Below are positions 42,450-54,572 of a stretch of 64,000 nt of DNA, piece after piece. Position numbers and translations under genes: made by a program. Every line of letters begins with the position of its first letter. Positions within the stretch are counted from its first letter, which is position 1. The notes under the pieces are model-generated. The model worked only from the letters and a program-made list of their open reading frames with translations. It made no database searches and was not told the DNA's origin. The stretch covers positions 1,111-65,110 of the forward strand of contig CAVSQR010000081.1 in assembly GCA_963729825.1 (NCBI GenBank), written 5' to 3'. The stretch comes from an uncultured delta proteobacterium (lineage in GTDB: Bacteria; Desulfobacterota; Desulfobulbia; Desulfobulbales; SURF-16).

Positions 42450-44545
42450 ATGAAAAACCGATATGACAGCAACGAAGCGCAGCGTTTTCTCAACGCCTAT
42501 CCGGACCAGCCAGCAGGTCTCTGCCTGCGGGTCTATACCTCGCGGCTTATCGGCAGCGAGGCCGATCTGGTGCTGCACGGCGGCGGCAACACCTCGGTCA
42601 AATGCCGGGTAACCGACCTTCTCGGCGAGGAAAAGGATATCATCTATGTCAAGGGCAGCGGCTGGGACCTGGACGCCATTGAGCCCCAGGGCTTCCCCGG
42701 CCTCGATCTGGCATATCTGCGCAAACTGCGGCGCCTTGACGGTTTAAGCGATGAGGAGATGGTCAACCAGTTCCGCACCCACCTGATCAATGCCGCCTCC
42801 CCCAATCCGTCCATCGAAACCCTGGTGCACGCCTTTCTGCCCCACACCTTCATCGATCACACCCATGCCGACGCCATCGTCACCCTGACCAATACGCCGG
42901 ACTGCGAGGCCCTGCTCAAAAAAGTGCTGGGCGAAGGCATCGGCATCCTGCCCTTTATCATGCCGGGCTTTCCCCTGGCCAAGGCCGTGGCCGACCTTTA
43001 TGAAAAAAATCCGAATATAAACTGCATCATCCTGCTCAACCACGGCATTTTCACCTTTGCCGACGAGGCGAAAACCGCGTATGAGCTGATGATCGACTAT
43101 GTCAGCCGGGCAGAGAGATTTCTGGCGGAGCAGGCCGGCACCAAAACGCCTGCCCCTGCCCCCGGCGCCGCCTGCCCGGATACCGACATCATCCTGCCGC
43201 TTATCCGGGGGGCCATGAGCCATCCCGACGAAAACGGGCAAACCTTTCATCTCCATCTGCGGCAAAACGACAAGATCCTTGCCGCCCTGGACCGGGCCGA
43301 TGCCCGGGAGCTGCTGGTCAGCGGCGTGCTCACCCCGGACCATGTGATCCGCACCAAGAACTATCCCCTTTTTCTTGATTTCAGCCATGACGCTGATGAA
43401 CCGCAGATGGCCCGGCGGATTACCGCAGAATTTGCCGCCTATGAACAGCAATACGACGCCTATTTTCAGCGGCAGCTGGCCGCAAAAAAGGTTACGCGCA
43501 GCAAACTTGATCCCAAACCCCGGGTGATGCTGGTTCGAGGCCTGGGGCTGGTCACCGCCGGCGAAACCCCAAAGGCTGCCATGATTGCCGCCGATATTGC
43601 CGAGCATACCATTGCCGCCAAAATTGCCGGGGCGGCGGTGGCCCCGTACCGGGAGCTTGCCGAGATCATCCATCTTTGACATGGAATACTGGAGCCTGGA
43701 GCAGGCCAAGCTGGGCAAGGGCAAAAAGCCCCTGCTGGCCGGCAGAATCGCCCTGGTCACCGGCGGCGGCGGCGCCATTGCCTGCGGCATCGGCCGACAA
43801 CTCCTGGCCGCCGGCGCCAGGGTCTTTCTCACCGACATCAACCAGGAGCGGCTTGCAACAGGTGCGGGACATGCTGGCCGGACAATTCGGCGCCTGCCAT
43901 GGTATCGTCTCTGGTGATGGATGTGGCGGACAGCCGCTCCGTGCAGCAATGTTTCTCCCGGCTGCTGCGCGAGGCCGGCGGCCTTGACATCCTGGTGCCC
44001 AATGCCGGCATCGCCCATGTCGCGAAGCTGCAGGACCTGGATGAACAAACCTTTCATCAAGGTGCTTGATGTCAATCTCATGGGAGTTTTCCAGGTCATC
44101 AAGGCAGCCATCCCGATCTTCACCCGGCAGGCCACCGGCGGCAACATCATCATCAACAGCTCGAAAAACGTCTTTGCCCCGGGGGAGGCCTTCGGCGCCT
44201 ACAGCGCCTCCAAGGCCGGGGCCCATCAGCTCGGCAAGATCGCCGCCCTGGAGCTGGCCCCGCTCAAGGTGCGGGTGAACATGATCAATGCCGACGCGAT
44301 TTTTGATGACGCCGGGGTGTCATCCGGCCTGTGGGACGTGGTGGGGCCGGACCGCATGAAGGCGCGCCATCTGGACCCGGCAGGGCTGAAAGAGTATTAC
44401 CGCCAGCGCAACCTGCTGAAGACCGAGGTGCTGGCCGATCATGTGGGCAATGCCGTGGTGTTTTTTGCCGCCAACCAGACCCCCACCACCGGCGCCACCC
44501 TGCCGGTGGACGGCGGCATCATGGCGGCATTTCCCACGATAGAGC
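42450..44545 (+). CDS. bifunctional class II aldolase / short-chain dehydrogenase (rhamnulose-1-phosphate aldolase/alcohol dehydrogenase-like; several frame changes)
   Basis: Fragments 42417-43679, 43585-43917, 43676-43987 and 43921-44616. The aldolase part reads DLVLHGGGNTSVK...HTFIDHTHAD. The SDR part reads GRIALVTGGGGAIACGIG...YSASKAGAHQL...TGATLPVDGG. The 3' end near 44545 is approximate. Confidence 0.8.
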
Positions 44546-44587
44546 GAGGCCGATGGTTGCAAAGGCAAGCCAGCCATTCTGCAACCC

Positions 44588-44869
44588 TTACCAGTAGCGG
44601 ATCTCAAAGGCAGTGAACTGCTCGTCCGGCTCCATCTCCTCCAGGGTTACCCGGCTGACCCGGGACGAGGGTGAGCCCTGATGCAGCCAGGCAAGCATGC
44701 GCTCCACCTGGTCCGCCTCCCCTGAAACCAGTGCCTCCACGGAGCCATCGGGCAGGTTGCGCACCCACCCTTTCACCCCGTAGCGTAGCGCCGCTTCCCG
44801 CGTATAGGCCCGGAAGCAAACCCCCTGCACCCGGCCGGCAACAACTGCCCGTATGGTTTTTTGTGCCAT
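44588..44869 (-). CDS. acyP: acylphosphatase
   Basis: Intact 93-aa ORF: VAGRVQGVCFRAYTREAALRYGVKGWVRNLPDGSVEALVSGE. Confidence 0.9.
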   Translation of the reverse strand: MAQKTIRAVVAGRVQGVCFRAYTREAALRYGVKGWVRNLPDGSVEALVSGEADQVERMLAWLHQGSPSSRVSRVTLEEMEPDEQFTAFEIRYW

Positions 44870-44884
44870 GGTTTCATCCCTGCT

Positions 44885-47098
<2,214 letters not shown>

Positions 47099-47239
47099 GA
47101 TGTCCTCCTCTGGGTTAAATTCATGGTATTTTTTACTGCACGCAAACGCCTTGCCATTTTAACAAAATAAATTATTTTTTCATCACACTTTGCGCCTGAC
47201 CAAAAAATTAGAAACTAAGGCCTTTGCCTGCCCACAACT

Positions 47240-48070
47240 TTGCGTTACAATCATGCCATGATACCAGCCACAGCCTGTCCCGCAGATCCCTTCTGGCAAA
47301 AAATGGCCGGAACCGCCGAATTATCCGGTCACCCGCTGATCGTGCTTACCGAGACCGTCTCCACCAACAGCGATGCCCTGGAGCTGGGCCGCGGGGGTGC
47401 GCCGTCCGGCACCGTGGTCATGGCCCGCAGCCAGACCGGCGGACGGGGGCGGCTGGGCAAGACGTGGCTCTCGCCGGCGGACAGCGGTCTGTACTTTTCC
47501 CTGCTCCTGCGGCCAGCCCTTGATCCGGCCGATCTGCCGAAAATCACCCTGGCCGCGGGTGTCGCGTTGTGCCGGGCGGTCGCCCGGTTCTGTCATACGG
47601 CACCTCAGATGAAATGGCCCAATGACCTGCTGCTCGATGGAAAAAAGTGCGGCGGGATCCTGACGGAAAGCGAATTCGGCAAAGCCCCCCATCCCCTTGT
47701 CGTGCTGGGCATCGGCTTAAACGTCTCCACCCCGCCTGCGGTTTTTCCGGAAGAATTGCGGGACAAGGTCACCTCGCTTTGTCAGCACAGCCGGGAACCA
47801 ATCTGCCGGACCACCCTGCTGGAAAACATTCTGGCCGCCCTTGACACGATCATGGCGAGGATGGAAGCCGGAGATTTTGCCGCCCTGCTGGCTGAGTGGC
47901 GCAGCTTTGATGCCACCCTGGGCAGGCGGCTGACCTGGGTCACCACCGGCCGCCAGGCGGTAAACGGCGTCTCGCTGGGCCCGGACGAGGAAGGCAGGCT
48001 GCACATCAGAGACGATCAGGGCAGGACCCATGAGGTGCTGTCCGGAGATATCCGTCTTCAATCATCCTGA
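47240..48070 (+). CDS. birA: biotin--[acetyl-CoA-carboxylase] ligase
   Basis: Intact ORF with SQTGGRGRLGKTWLSPADSGLYFSLLLRP and KWPNDLLLDGKKCGGILTE. No N-terminal HTH is evident. Confidence 0.88.
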   Translation: MRYNHAMIPATACPADPFWQKMAGTAELSGHPLIVLTETVSTNSDALELGRGGAPSGTVVMARSQTGGRGRLGKTWLSPADSGLYFSLLLRPALDPADLPKITLAAGVALCRAVARFCHTAPQMKWPNDLLLDGKKCGGILTESEFGKAPHPLVVLGIGLNVSTPPAVFPEELRDKVTSLCQHSREPICRTTLLENILAALDTIMARMEAGDFAALLAEWRSFDATLGRRLTWVTTGRQAVNGVSLGPDEEGRLHIRDDQGRTHEVLSGDIRLQSS

Positions 48071-48965
48071 CCCGGCGGACCAGCTCGCGGTTGACCGGCG
48101 CATCGATACCAAGCTCTGCGGCCTTGGCAAGCAGAGCACCGTTGATGGCCCCGATCTCCGTGGGCCGGCCCCTGCGCACATCCTGCAGCATGGAGGAAAT
48201 ATTGCCGGCCGTAGCCTCACAGACCGTAAGCGTCTGGCTGACCGGATCAGGGGGCACCTTGAGGCCTAAGGCGCGGGCCACGGCGTGCCCCTCCTGCACT
48301 GCGGCAACCAGCTTGGCCCGGGCCTCGGCATTGACCAGCAGATCCCCGTTGGGGCAGTCATAAATCACGGTGAGCGCGTTGATTCCCACATTGACCAGCA
48401 GCTTGGCCCAGACAAAATCAAGGATATTGTCCACCCGTTCCGCCGGCATGCCTGCCTGCCGGAACAAAACTGCGACGCTTTCGAGCTGTGTTTCCTTTTC
48501 ACTGGGGACCGGAGAGAGAAAGCCCATTCGGGTCAGCCCCTGGCCGCCATGGCAGACATGCCCGGGAGCCTTGAGGGTGGCGCCCATGGCGGTTACCCCA
48601 ATGGCAGGCTGCACGGGAAGTTTCATCCGTGCCAGGGTATCGAGATGGCTGATGCCGTTCTGGAAGGTGATGAGGCTGGTTGCCGGGGTGTAAAGAGGTT
48701 GGGCGGCGGTGATGCCTGCCGCCACGTCGCGTGACTTGACGCAGAGCAGGACAAGATCTGCCGGACCAATGCGGGCTGCGTCGGCGCTGACGGAGACCAA
48801 ACGGCAAAACTCCTGCTCACCAACGGTCAGCAGGAGTTTCCCATTCATGCGCGCCGCCCGCTCAGCATCATGATCGAGCAGCCACACCTCATTATCAGCC
48901 CGGCCGGCAAGCCCGGCTGCAAAGAGAGAGCCGAGCGCGCCGGGACCGATAATGACTGTTTTCAT
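48006..48965 (-). CDS. panE: 2-dehydropantoate 2-reductase (ketopantoate reductase)
   Basis: Intact 319-aa ORF with MKTVIIGPGALGSLFAAGLA, WAKLLVNVGINALT and SSMLQDVRRGRPTEI. Its 3' end overlaps the convergent birA by about 65 nt. Confidence 0.85.
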   Translation of the reverse strand: MKTVIIGPGALGSLFAAGLAGRADNEVWLLDHDAERAARMNGKLLLTVGEQEFCRLVSVSADAARIGPADLVLLCVKSRDVAAGITAAQPLYTPATSLITFQNGISHLDTLARMKLPVQPAIGVTAMGATLKAPGHVCHGGQGLTRMGFLSPVPSEKETQLESVAVLFRQAGMPAERVDNILDFVWAKLLVNVGINALTVIYDCPNGDLLVNAEARAKLVAAVQEGHAVARALGLKVPPDPVSQTLTVCEATAGNISSMLQDVRRGRPTEIGAINGALLAKAAELGIDAPVNRELVRRVRMIEDGYLRTAPHGSCPDRL

Positions 48966-48977
48966 GTCAACAGCATG

Positions 48978-49896
48978 CTACTTGCTGACAGTAGCCCCTT
49001 CCACAATAACGTTATAAAAGTAGCCTGCGCCGAAATCCTTGTCCTTGGCCAGATCTCCCTCAATAACCACTATGGAATTCACCTCCGGCACATCGGCGGA
49101 GGTAACCACCAGGTCATGGGTGTTGTTCTTCGGATCTCCGGTGCCGTCCTGCAGATGAATCCAGGTGCGGCCCATGATCCCGGGTGACACCTTGACCACC
49201 TTGCCGCGGATTTTCACCTTTTTGCCGGCCAGATCGGCAGCAGAGGTGAACAGCTCTCCCACCTGATAGCCATTTGCGCCTTCAGCCTTCTCCACCTTGA
49301 TTTCCTGCAGCGGGGTGATGGCCTTGACGCTGCCGCCGCTGCTTTCCTCCGCACCCATTCCCGCTGCCGCAGGAGGCATTGCCCCTCCTCCTTCACCTTG
49401 CATGGCCTGAGAAAAACTCTGGCCCATACCCGCATGGGGGGCGGCATTTGCTCCCGCCAGACCGGAAGAAAAGATAATTTCCGGGAAAGTACGGTCTAAG
49501 CTTTTACTGTGAAAATCACGCATCACCGGCCCGTTAAGCAGACTGATCTTGTCTCCGACAGCCACTTTCGTCTGGCCGATGGCGGCCCATACCTTATCAC
49601 GTGCCCTGGTCAAGCTGAATATAGGTATAGCCGCCGCTGTCAAAGGTTTCGACCACTGTACCGGTCAAAGCACCCTGGGGGGCCTCTGCCTCAGGCTGCA
49701 CTGCGGCGGCAACCGAGGCCTCGGCGGTTGCCTGGGCAGGCATGGCGCTATCTTTATTGGTCTCCTGGGTCGCCACCGCCGCGGTCTGATTTTCGGGAGC
49801 GGCGGTTTCTGCTTTCTTCTCATTCTGATTGCAGCCGGTAAACGCCAGGGCGAGAACCAGGGCAGTGGTCATGTAAATTTTTTTCGCGTGTTTCAT
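48978..49896 (-). CDS. hypothetical lipoprotein with two OB-fold-like repeats and a Met/Gly-rich linker (one frame change)
   Basis: Fragments 49597-49896 (lipobox LALAFTGC) and 48978-49643. The repeats read GTVVETFDSGGYTYIQLDQG and KIRGKVVKVSPGIMGRTWIHLQDGTG. The linker reads HAGMGQSFSQAMQGEGGGAMPPAAAGMG. Confidence 0.55.
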
Positions 49897-50032
49897 TGGT
49901 AATCCTTTCTACATAAATGGGTGATGTGTGATTGAGACAAAAAAATCTTCAGAAAGAGTTGGCGGGGCTGCATCGTTCTGCGGGTCAGTGTATAAATGGC
50001 TGAGGATGAGCGTCGCAACAAGTAATTTCCCT

Positions 50033-50120
50033 AGGAGACAGGAGACAGAATGCAGAAGCCGGAATAAACTGATTATTTTTCACCTTGCTCCCCGGCTTCT
50101 GACTACTGAATTCTGACTTC
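50033..50120. repeat. intergenic inverted repeat, same family as 9247-9362
   Basis: Left arm AGGAGACAGGAGACAGAATGCAGAAGCCGG, a spacer of about 30 nt, then right arm CCGGCTTCTGACTACTGAATTCTGACTTC. Confidence 0.7.
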
Positions 50121-50244
50121 GCATACAATTAAAATAAATTAACCGACTTGGCAAGAAAAGCCTGCAACAGGCTAACCCCGGAACTCCGGGGAAGTGCTAT
50201 ATAAAAGATTGATATAAACTGCAAAAGTTCCGGGCTCAATCTTT

Positions 50245-52482
50245 TTATTTTCTTTCAGCCTCCGGATTGTAGGTAAATGCCAGTCTCTCCGCCGGCCGGT
50301 CAACCGTTACGGTTCCACCCCGGGACAACTGGCCAAAGAGGATCTCCTCGGTGATCTTGTCGCCGATTTCACTCATGATAAGCCGTCGCAGCGGCCGTGC
50401 CCCATAATCCGGGTCATGCCCTGCCGTTGCCAGCCACTTGCGGGCCTTTTCCGTCAGGGTGATGCTCACCTTCTTTTCCTGCAGCCGGTCCCGCAGCTCA
50501 TTGATCATCTTATCAACGATCATTTCCATCACCGGCATCTCCAGGGCATTGAAGGTGATGATGGCATCAAGACGATTCCTGAACTCCGGGGAAAACAGAT
50601 TTTTAATGGCCTTCTGGCCGCCCCCTTTTTTACTGGTCATAAAGCCGATGGACTGCCCGCTTAATTCCCTTGCCCCGGCATTGGTGGTCATAATCAGGAT
50701 AACATTGCGGAAATCCGCCTTGCGGCCGGCATTATCGGTCAAGGTTGAATGATCCATCACCTGCAGGAGAATGCTGAAGATGTCCGGATGGGCCTTTTCT
50801 ATCTCATCAAGCAGCAGCACGCTGTACGGATGCTTTCTGATGGCGTCGGTAAGCAGTCCGCCCTGATCAAATCCCACATAACCCGGAGGAGCGCCGATCA
50901 ATCTTGCCACCGCATGCTTTTCCATATACTCGCTCATGTCGAACCGCTCGAAATGCACGGCAAGGGCGGACGCCAGCTGTTTGGCCACCTCTGTTTTGCC
51001 TACCCCGGTGGGACCGGCAAAAAGGAATGAGCCGGTGGGCCGCTCCGGGTCCTTCAGCCCGGCCCTGCTCCGCTTGACCGCCGTGACAATGGCCGTAAGC
51101 GCCTGGTCCTGGCCGAAAATCCGGCCCTGCAAGGTCTGCTGCAGATCTTTCAGCTGCTGCATATCGGACCCGGAAATATTCTTGGCAGGCACCCTGGCCA
51201 TCCGGGCAATGACGGTTTCAATATCATGGGTGGTGACATTTTTTCTTTTTTTGTCAGGCTTGGCCAGACGCATGGATGCGCCCACCTCGTCCAGCACATC
51301 GATGGCCTTGTCCGGCAGAAAACGGTCGTTGAGATAGCGGGCCGCCAGGTCGGCTGCCGCCCTGACGGCGGTGTTTGAAAATTTCACGCCGTGATGCTCT
51401 TCGTAGCGGGACTTCAGCCCCTTGAGGATCTCAAAGGTTTCATCCACGGAAGGTTCTTCGATGTCAACTTTCTGGAAACGCCGGGACAGGGCCCGGTCCT
51501 TTTCCACATAATTTTTATACTCCTCATAGGTGGTGGAACCGATGCAGCGCAGGGTGCCGGCCTGCAGGGCGGGTTTGAGCAGATTGGAGGCATCCATGCT
51601 GCCGCCGCTGGTGGCGCCGGCGCCGACGATGGTGTGGATTTCATCAATCAGCAGAATGATGTTCGGCTGCTTTTCCACCTCGGTGATGATCGCCTTCAGC
51701 CGTTCCTCAAAATCACCCCGGTACTTGGTGCCGGAGAGCAGCGCCCCCATATCCAGCAGATGGATGGAGGCATCCCGGAGGAGATCCGGCACCTCGCCCT
51801 CATGGATGCGCAGGGCCAGGCCTTCGGCAATGGCGGTTTTGCCCACCCCGGGCTCGCCCACCAGCAGGGGATTGTTTTTGCGCCGGCGGCAGAGGATCTG
51901 CATCACCCGGGTCAGTTCCCGGTTGCGGCCGATAAGCGGATCAATCAGGCCCTGCTCTGCCCGGCGGGAAAAGCTGACGGTGAATTTCTCCAGGGCGGTG
52001 CCCGGTTTTTCCGCTTCCTTTTTCTGCCCGTCCCGGGGAATGGCCACCGGCGCCGCGGGCAGCTTGTGGGAGATGTAGCGCACCACCTCGAACTTGCTCA
52101 GCCCCTCTTTCTCCAGGAAATAAACGGCAAAGGACTCCGGCTCGGAGAAAATTGCCGTGATCACATCGCCGGAATCCACCTCGGCCTTGCCGCAGCTCTG
52201 CACATGGGCGATGGCCCGCTGCAGAACCCGATTGAAGCCGATGGTCTGCACCGGATCGGCAGCGGTGGTTTCATCCAGCACCGGCAGATTCAGCACAAAA
52301 AAGGACTCGAGATCCTTGAGCAGATTTTCCCGGTTGCCGCCGCAGCCCTCTATAATTTTGACCGCCATTTCATCATGCAGCAACCCGTAGAGGATATGTT
52401 CCACAGTCACATGTTCATGCCTGCGTTTTTTGGCCTCACGAATTGCCATCACCAGGGCCATTTCCACTTTTTGATTAATCAT
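50245..52482 (-). CDS. clpA: ATP-dependent Clp protease ATP-binding subunit ClpA
   Basis: ORF 50245-52521 trimmed to M14. It has a Clp N-domain and two AAA+ modules (GEPGVGKTAIAEGLA; FAGPTGVGKTEVAKQLA) and lies downstream of clpS. Confidence 0.93.
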   Translation of the reverse strand: MINQKVEMALVMAIREAKKRRHEHVTVEHILYGLLHDEMAVKIIEGCGGNRENLLKDLESFFVLNLPVLDETTAADPVQTIGFNRVLQRAIAHVQSCGKAEVDSGDVITAIFSEPESFAVYFLEKEGLSKFEVVRYISHKLPAAPVAIPRDGQKKEAEKPGTALEKFTVSFSRRAEQGLIDPLIGRNRELTRVMQILCRRRKNNPLLVGEPGVGKTAIAEGLALRIHEGEVPDLLRDASIHLLDMGALLSGTKYRGDFEERLKAIITEVEKQPNIILLIDEIHTIVGAGATSGGSMDASNLLKPALQAGTLRCIGSTTYEEYKNYVEKDRALSRRFQKVDIEEPSVDETFEILKGLKSRYEEHHGVKFSNTAVRAAADLAARYLNDRFLPDKAIDVLDEVGASMRLAKPDKKRKNVTTHDIETVIARMARVPAKNISGSDMQQLKDLQQTLQGRIFGQDQALTAIVTAVKRSRAGLKDPERPTGSFLFAGPTGVGKTEVAKQLASALAVHFERFDMSEYMEKHAVARLIGAPPGYVGFDQGGLLTDAIRKHPYSVLLLDEIEKAHPDIFSILLQVMDHSTLTDNAGRKADFRNVILIMTTNAGARELSGQSIGFMTSKKGGGQKAIKNLFSPEFRNRLDAIITFNALEMPVMEMIVDKMINELRDRLQEKKVSITLTEKARKWLATAGHDPDYGARPLRRLIMSEIGDKITEEILFGQLSRGGTVTVDRPAERLAFTYNPEAERK

Positions 52483-52573
52483 ATCTTTTCCAAGAAATTC
52501 CGCCTCGCCCGCTTTGAGCAAAGGGCCTTTCTTCCTTTGTTTATCTGCCAGGCCGTCTTGGCCGTGACAGTTT

Positions 52574-52888
52574 TTATGCCTGCTCCATGGAGCATTTCAA
52601 CGGGAATTCGTTGCGCCGGGCCAGATCGTGCACGATGTGAATTTTGGTATCGGCAATCTCCCTGGTATAAATTCCGGCAAGGCCTATTCCCTGCTGGTGG
52701 ACATTCAACATGATCCTGGTCGCCTCGCCGGGATCTTTATAAAAAACCGTTTCCAGAATGGTGACGACAAAATCCATGGTCGTATAGTCGTCATTATGCA
52801 GCAGAACCTTGTACAGCGGCGGTTCAAGCACCTTCTGTTTTTCATCGGTGAGCACACCGCCTGCCGTCTTTTTATCCGGTACACTCAT
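52574..52888 (-). CDS. clpS: ATP-dependent Clp protease adaptor ClpS
   Basis: Intact 104-aa ORF: PPLYKVLLHNDDYTTMDFVVTILETVF. Confidence 0.93.
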   Translation of the reverse strand: MSVPDKKTAGGVLTDEKQKVLEPPLYKVLLHNDDYTTMDFVVTILETVFYKDPGEATRIMLNVHQQGIGLAGIYTREIADTKIHIVHDLARRNEFPLKCSMEQA

Positions 52889-53025
52889 TTTTACTCCTCG
52901 TCATTTTCCGGTTTTTTCTTTTTCTTATTGTAACCACTCGCAGGCATGCTGGCAAGAGAGTGAAGTCAAATGAACAGGCGGGGGAAGGCAAAAGAGCAAA
53001 AATAGCAATCGGTCCGGCCAGTTGC

Positions 53026-54400
53026 CTAAAGGGTCTTTTTCCCCCGGGATTCCGCGCCCAGCAAGGCAAAAAGAAATCTCTCCAGCACCAGCCTGGGCGG
53101 CAGACCGCTGCTCTTCAACTGGAACTCGGCTTCCAGCAATTGCCTAAGCGCCTCCTGCAGGGTCTGCAGATCAAAATTGCCCGCCTGCTGAAAACTTTTA
53201 TACAAAACAAAGGGGTGGCCGGCCAGAAAGGGCGACTTGCCATAATCCGTACTTTTCAGTTCAGCCAGATAGCCCTTCTGAAAGGCCGGAAAAGAGAGCT
53301 CCGCAGAGTAGCAGGGCTGCCGCCGCTCCCGCAGCGCCCGGAAAAAGAGCAGTTTGCGCAGCAGATTGCGCAGTCCGGCCACCAGGGCCAGGGGATGCAG
53401 CCCACCGGCATGCAGCCGGCCGACCAGCTCCAGCGACCGGGCCAGATTTGCCGAGGCCACCGCATCATTTAATTCATAGATGGCCTCTTCCCTGGTCTGG
53501 CCGATAATCGCATCCACATCCGCCTGGGTCGACCACCTGGGCATCGCCGGCATAAAGGGCCAGCTTTTCCGTCTCGCGCACAGCGGCCACCGGATGAAAA
53601 CCCACCCGGTCAAGCAGGCTGTCGACCACCCCGGGTCCCGGCTTTTTGCCCATCTCAGCCAGGGTGCGGACCACCAGATCGCGGATGACCGCATCACGCC
53701 CCTTCTGGGCCGCGGATGCCGCCCCGCTGTCCACCGACAGGTCAATCACCGCACCGAGATCGCCGATCAGCTTATAAAGTTTTTTGCGCTTATCAACCGC
53801 CTCAGTCACCAGGATCAGCACGTTGCTTTTGGGTATCCCTTTCTCCAGCACCTGCAGCACCAGTTCATCCCCGGCCGCTGATTTTTCATCAGACAACCCG
53901 GACGGCAAAACCAGATCATCACACCAGGCCACATCCGCGGGCTTGTCAAAACCGAATAGCTTTTTCCATTGCGCCTCGGAAAGATCCGGCAATGATTCAT
54001 CCCGGTCAAGCCCGGCGGCCTGGATCATTTTCAGCAGATAGCGTCCCGCCTTTTCCGCCTTTGCCTCGCCTGCCGCCTTTTTCGCCTTATCCCAGAAATT
54101 TTTGGCCACCGCCTTGGAAAAAAAGAGCTGGGAATCCATCACCCTGATCACCTGGCGGCCGGCAAAAAGGCTGTAGGTCTGCAGATGGCTCATGGTCTGC
54201 GCCACATCCTCCTGCTCGCCATCGATGCGCCTGAGGCCCAGGTTGCGTTGTTTCTCATCCGGCAGCAGATGGCGGACCAGGTCATCCGCCACCTCCCGGC
54301 AGAGATAACGCTCCCCGGAAATCAGGTATACGGGCCTGATGACGCCGCCGTTGATTTCATCGAGCAATCCGGCTATATTTTGTTGTTGATAGATCGGCAT
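53026..54400 (-). CDS. holA: DNA polymerase III delta subunit (one frame change)
   Basis: Fragments 53474-54547 (trimmed to M50 at 54400, MPIYQQQNIAGLLDEINGGVIRPVYLISGERYL) and 53026-53745. The length and helical C-domain are typical of HolA. The part of the ORF upstream of M50 translates the repeat element. Confidence 0.72.
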
Positions 54401-54420
54401 GAGGGGAAATGTACCATTTG

Positions 54421-54572
54421 AAGTGAGGAGTGAGGAGTGAAAAGTGAGGAGTGAAGTGAGGAGTGAAAGGCAAAAGGCAAAAGGCAAAAGGCAAAAGATA
54501 TTCTCACAATTGCAGTTTGTGTAAAGTTTTTTCTCCTCACTCCTCACTCCTCACTTTTCACCTCTCCTCACT
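54421..54572. repeat. about 150-bp inverted repeat of GTGAGGA heptamers flanking a (GGCAAAA)4 tandem core
   Basis: Left arm AAGTGAGGAGTGAGGAGTGAAAAGTGAGGAGTGAAGTGAGGAGTGAAAGG. The core is CAAAAGGCAAAAGGCAAAAGGCAAAAG plus about 35 nt. The right arm CTCCTCACTCCTCACTCCTCACTTTTCACCTCTCCTCACTT is its reverse complement. Confidence 0.85.

Noticed and set aside
42744-44156. 470-aa minus-strand ORF, plus many other long ORFs in all frames between 42.4 and 49 kb
   Set aside because: It is antisense to the well-supported aldolase/SDR gene. It is Gly/Arg/Pro-rich and low in complexity, as expected for stop-poor frames in GC-rich DNA, and has no recognisable motifs.
48006-48070. 65-nt convergent overlap of the birA and panE 3' ends as a regulatory antisense arrangement
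   Set aside because: Given the indel rate of this assembly, the extended panE tail (...EDGYLRTAPHGSCPDRL) may simply be a frame error. There is no independent support.
51391-52713. 440-aa plus-strand ORF
   Set aside because: It is antisense to clpA and clpS, which have canonical AAA+ and ClpS motifs. The composition is typical of a shadow ORF.
54421-54572. Possible CRISPR array, given the regularly spaced short repeats
   Set aside because: The units are 7 nt and directly abutting, with no spacers. The two halves are reverse complements of each other. No cas genes or 25-40-nt repeats occur anywhere in the window.
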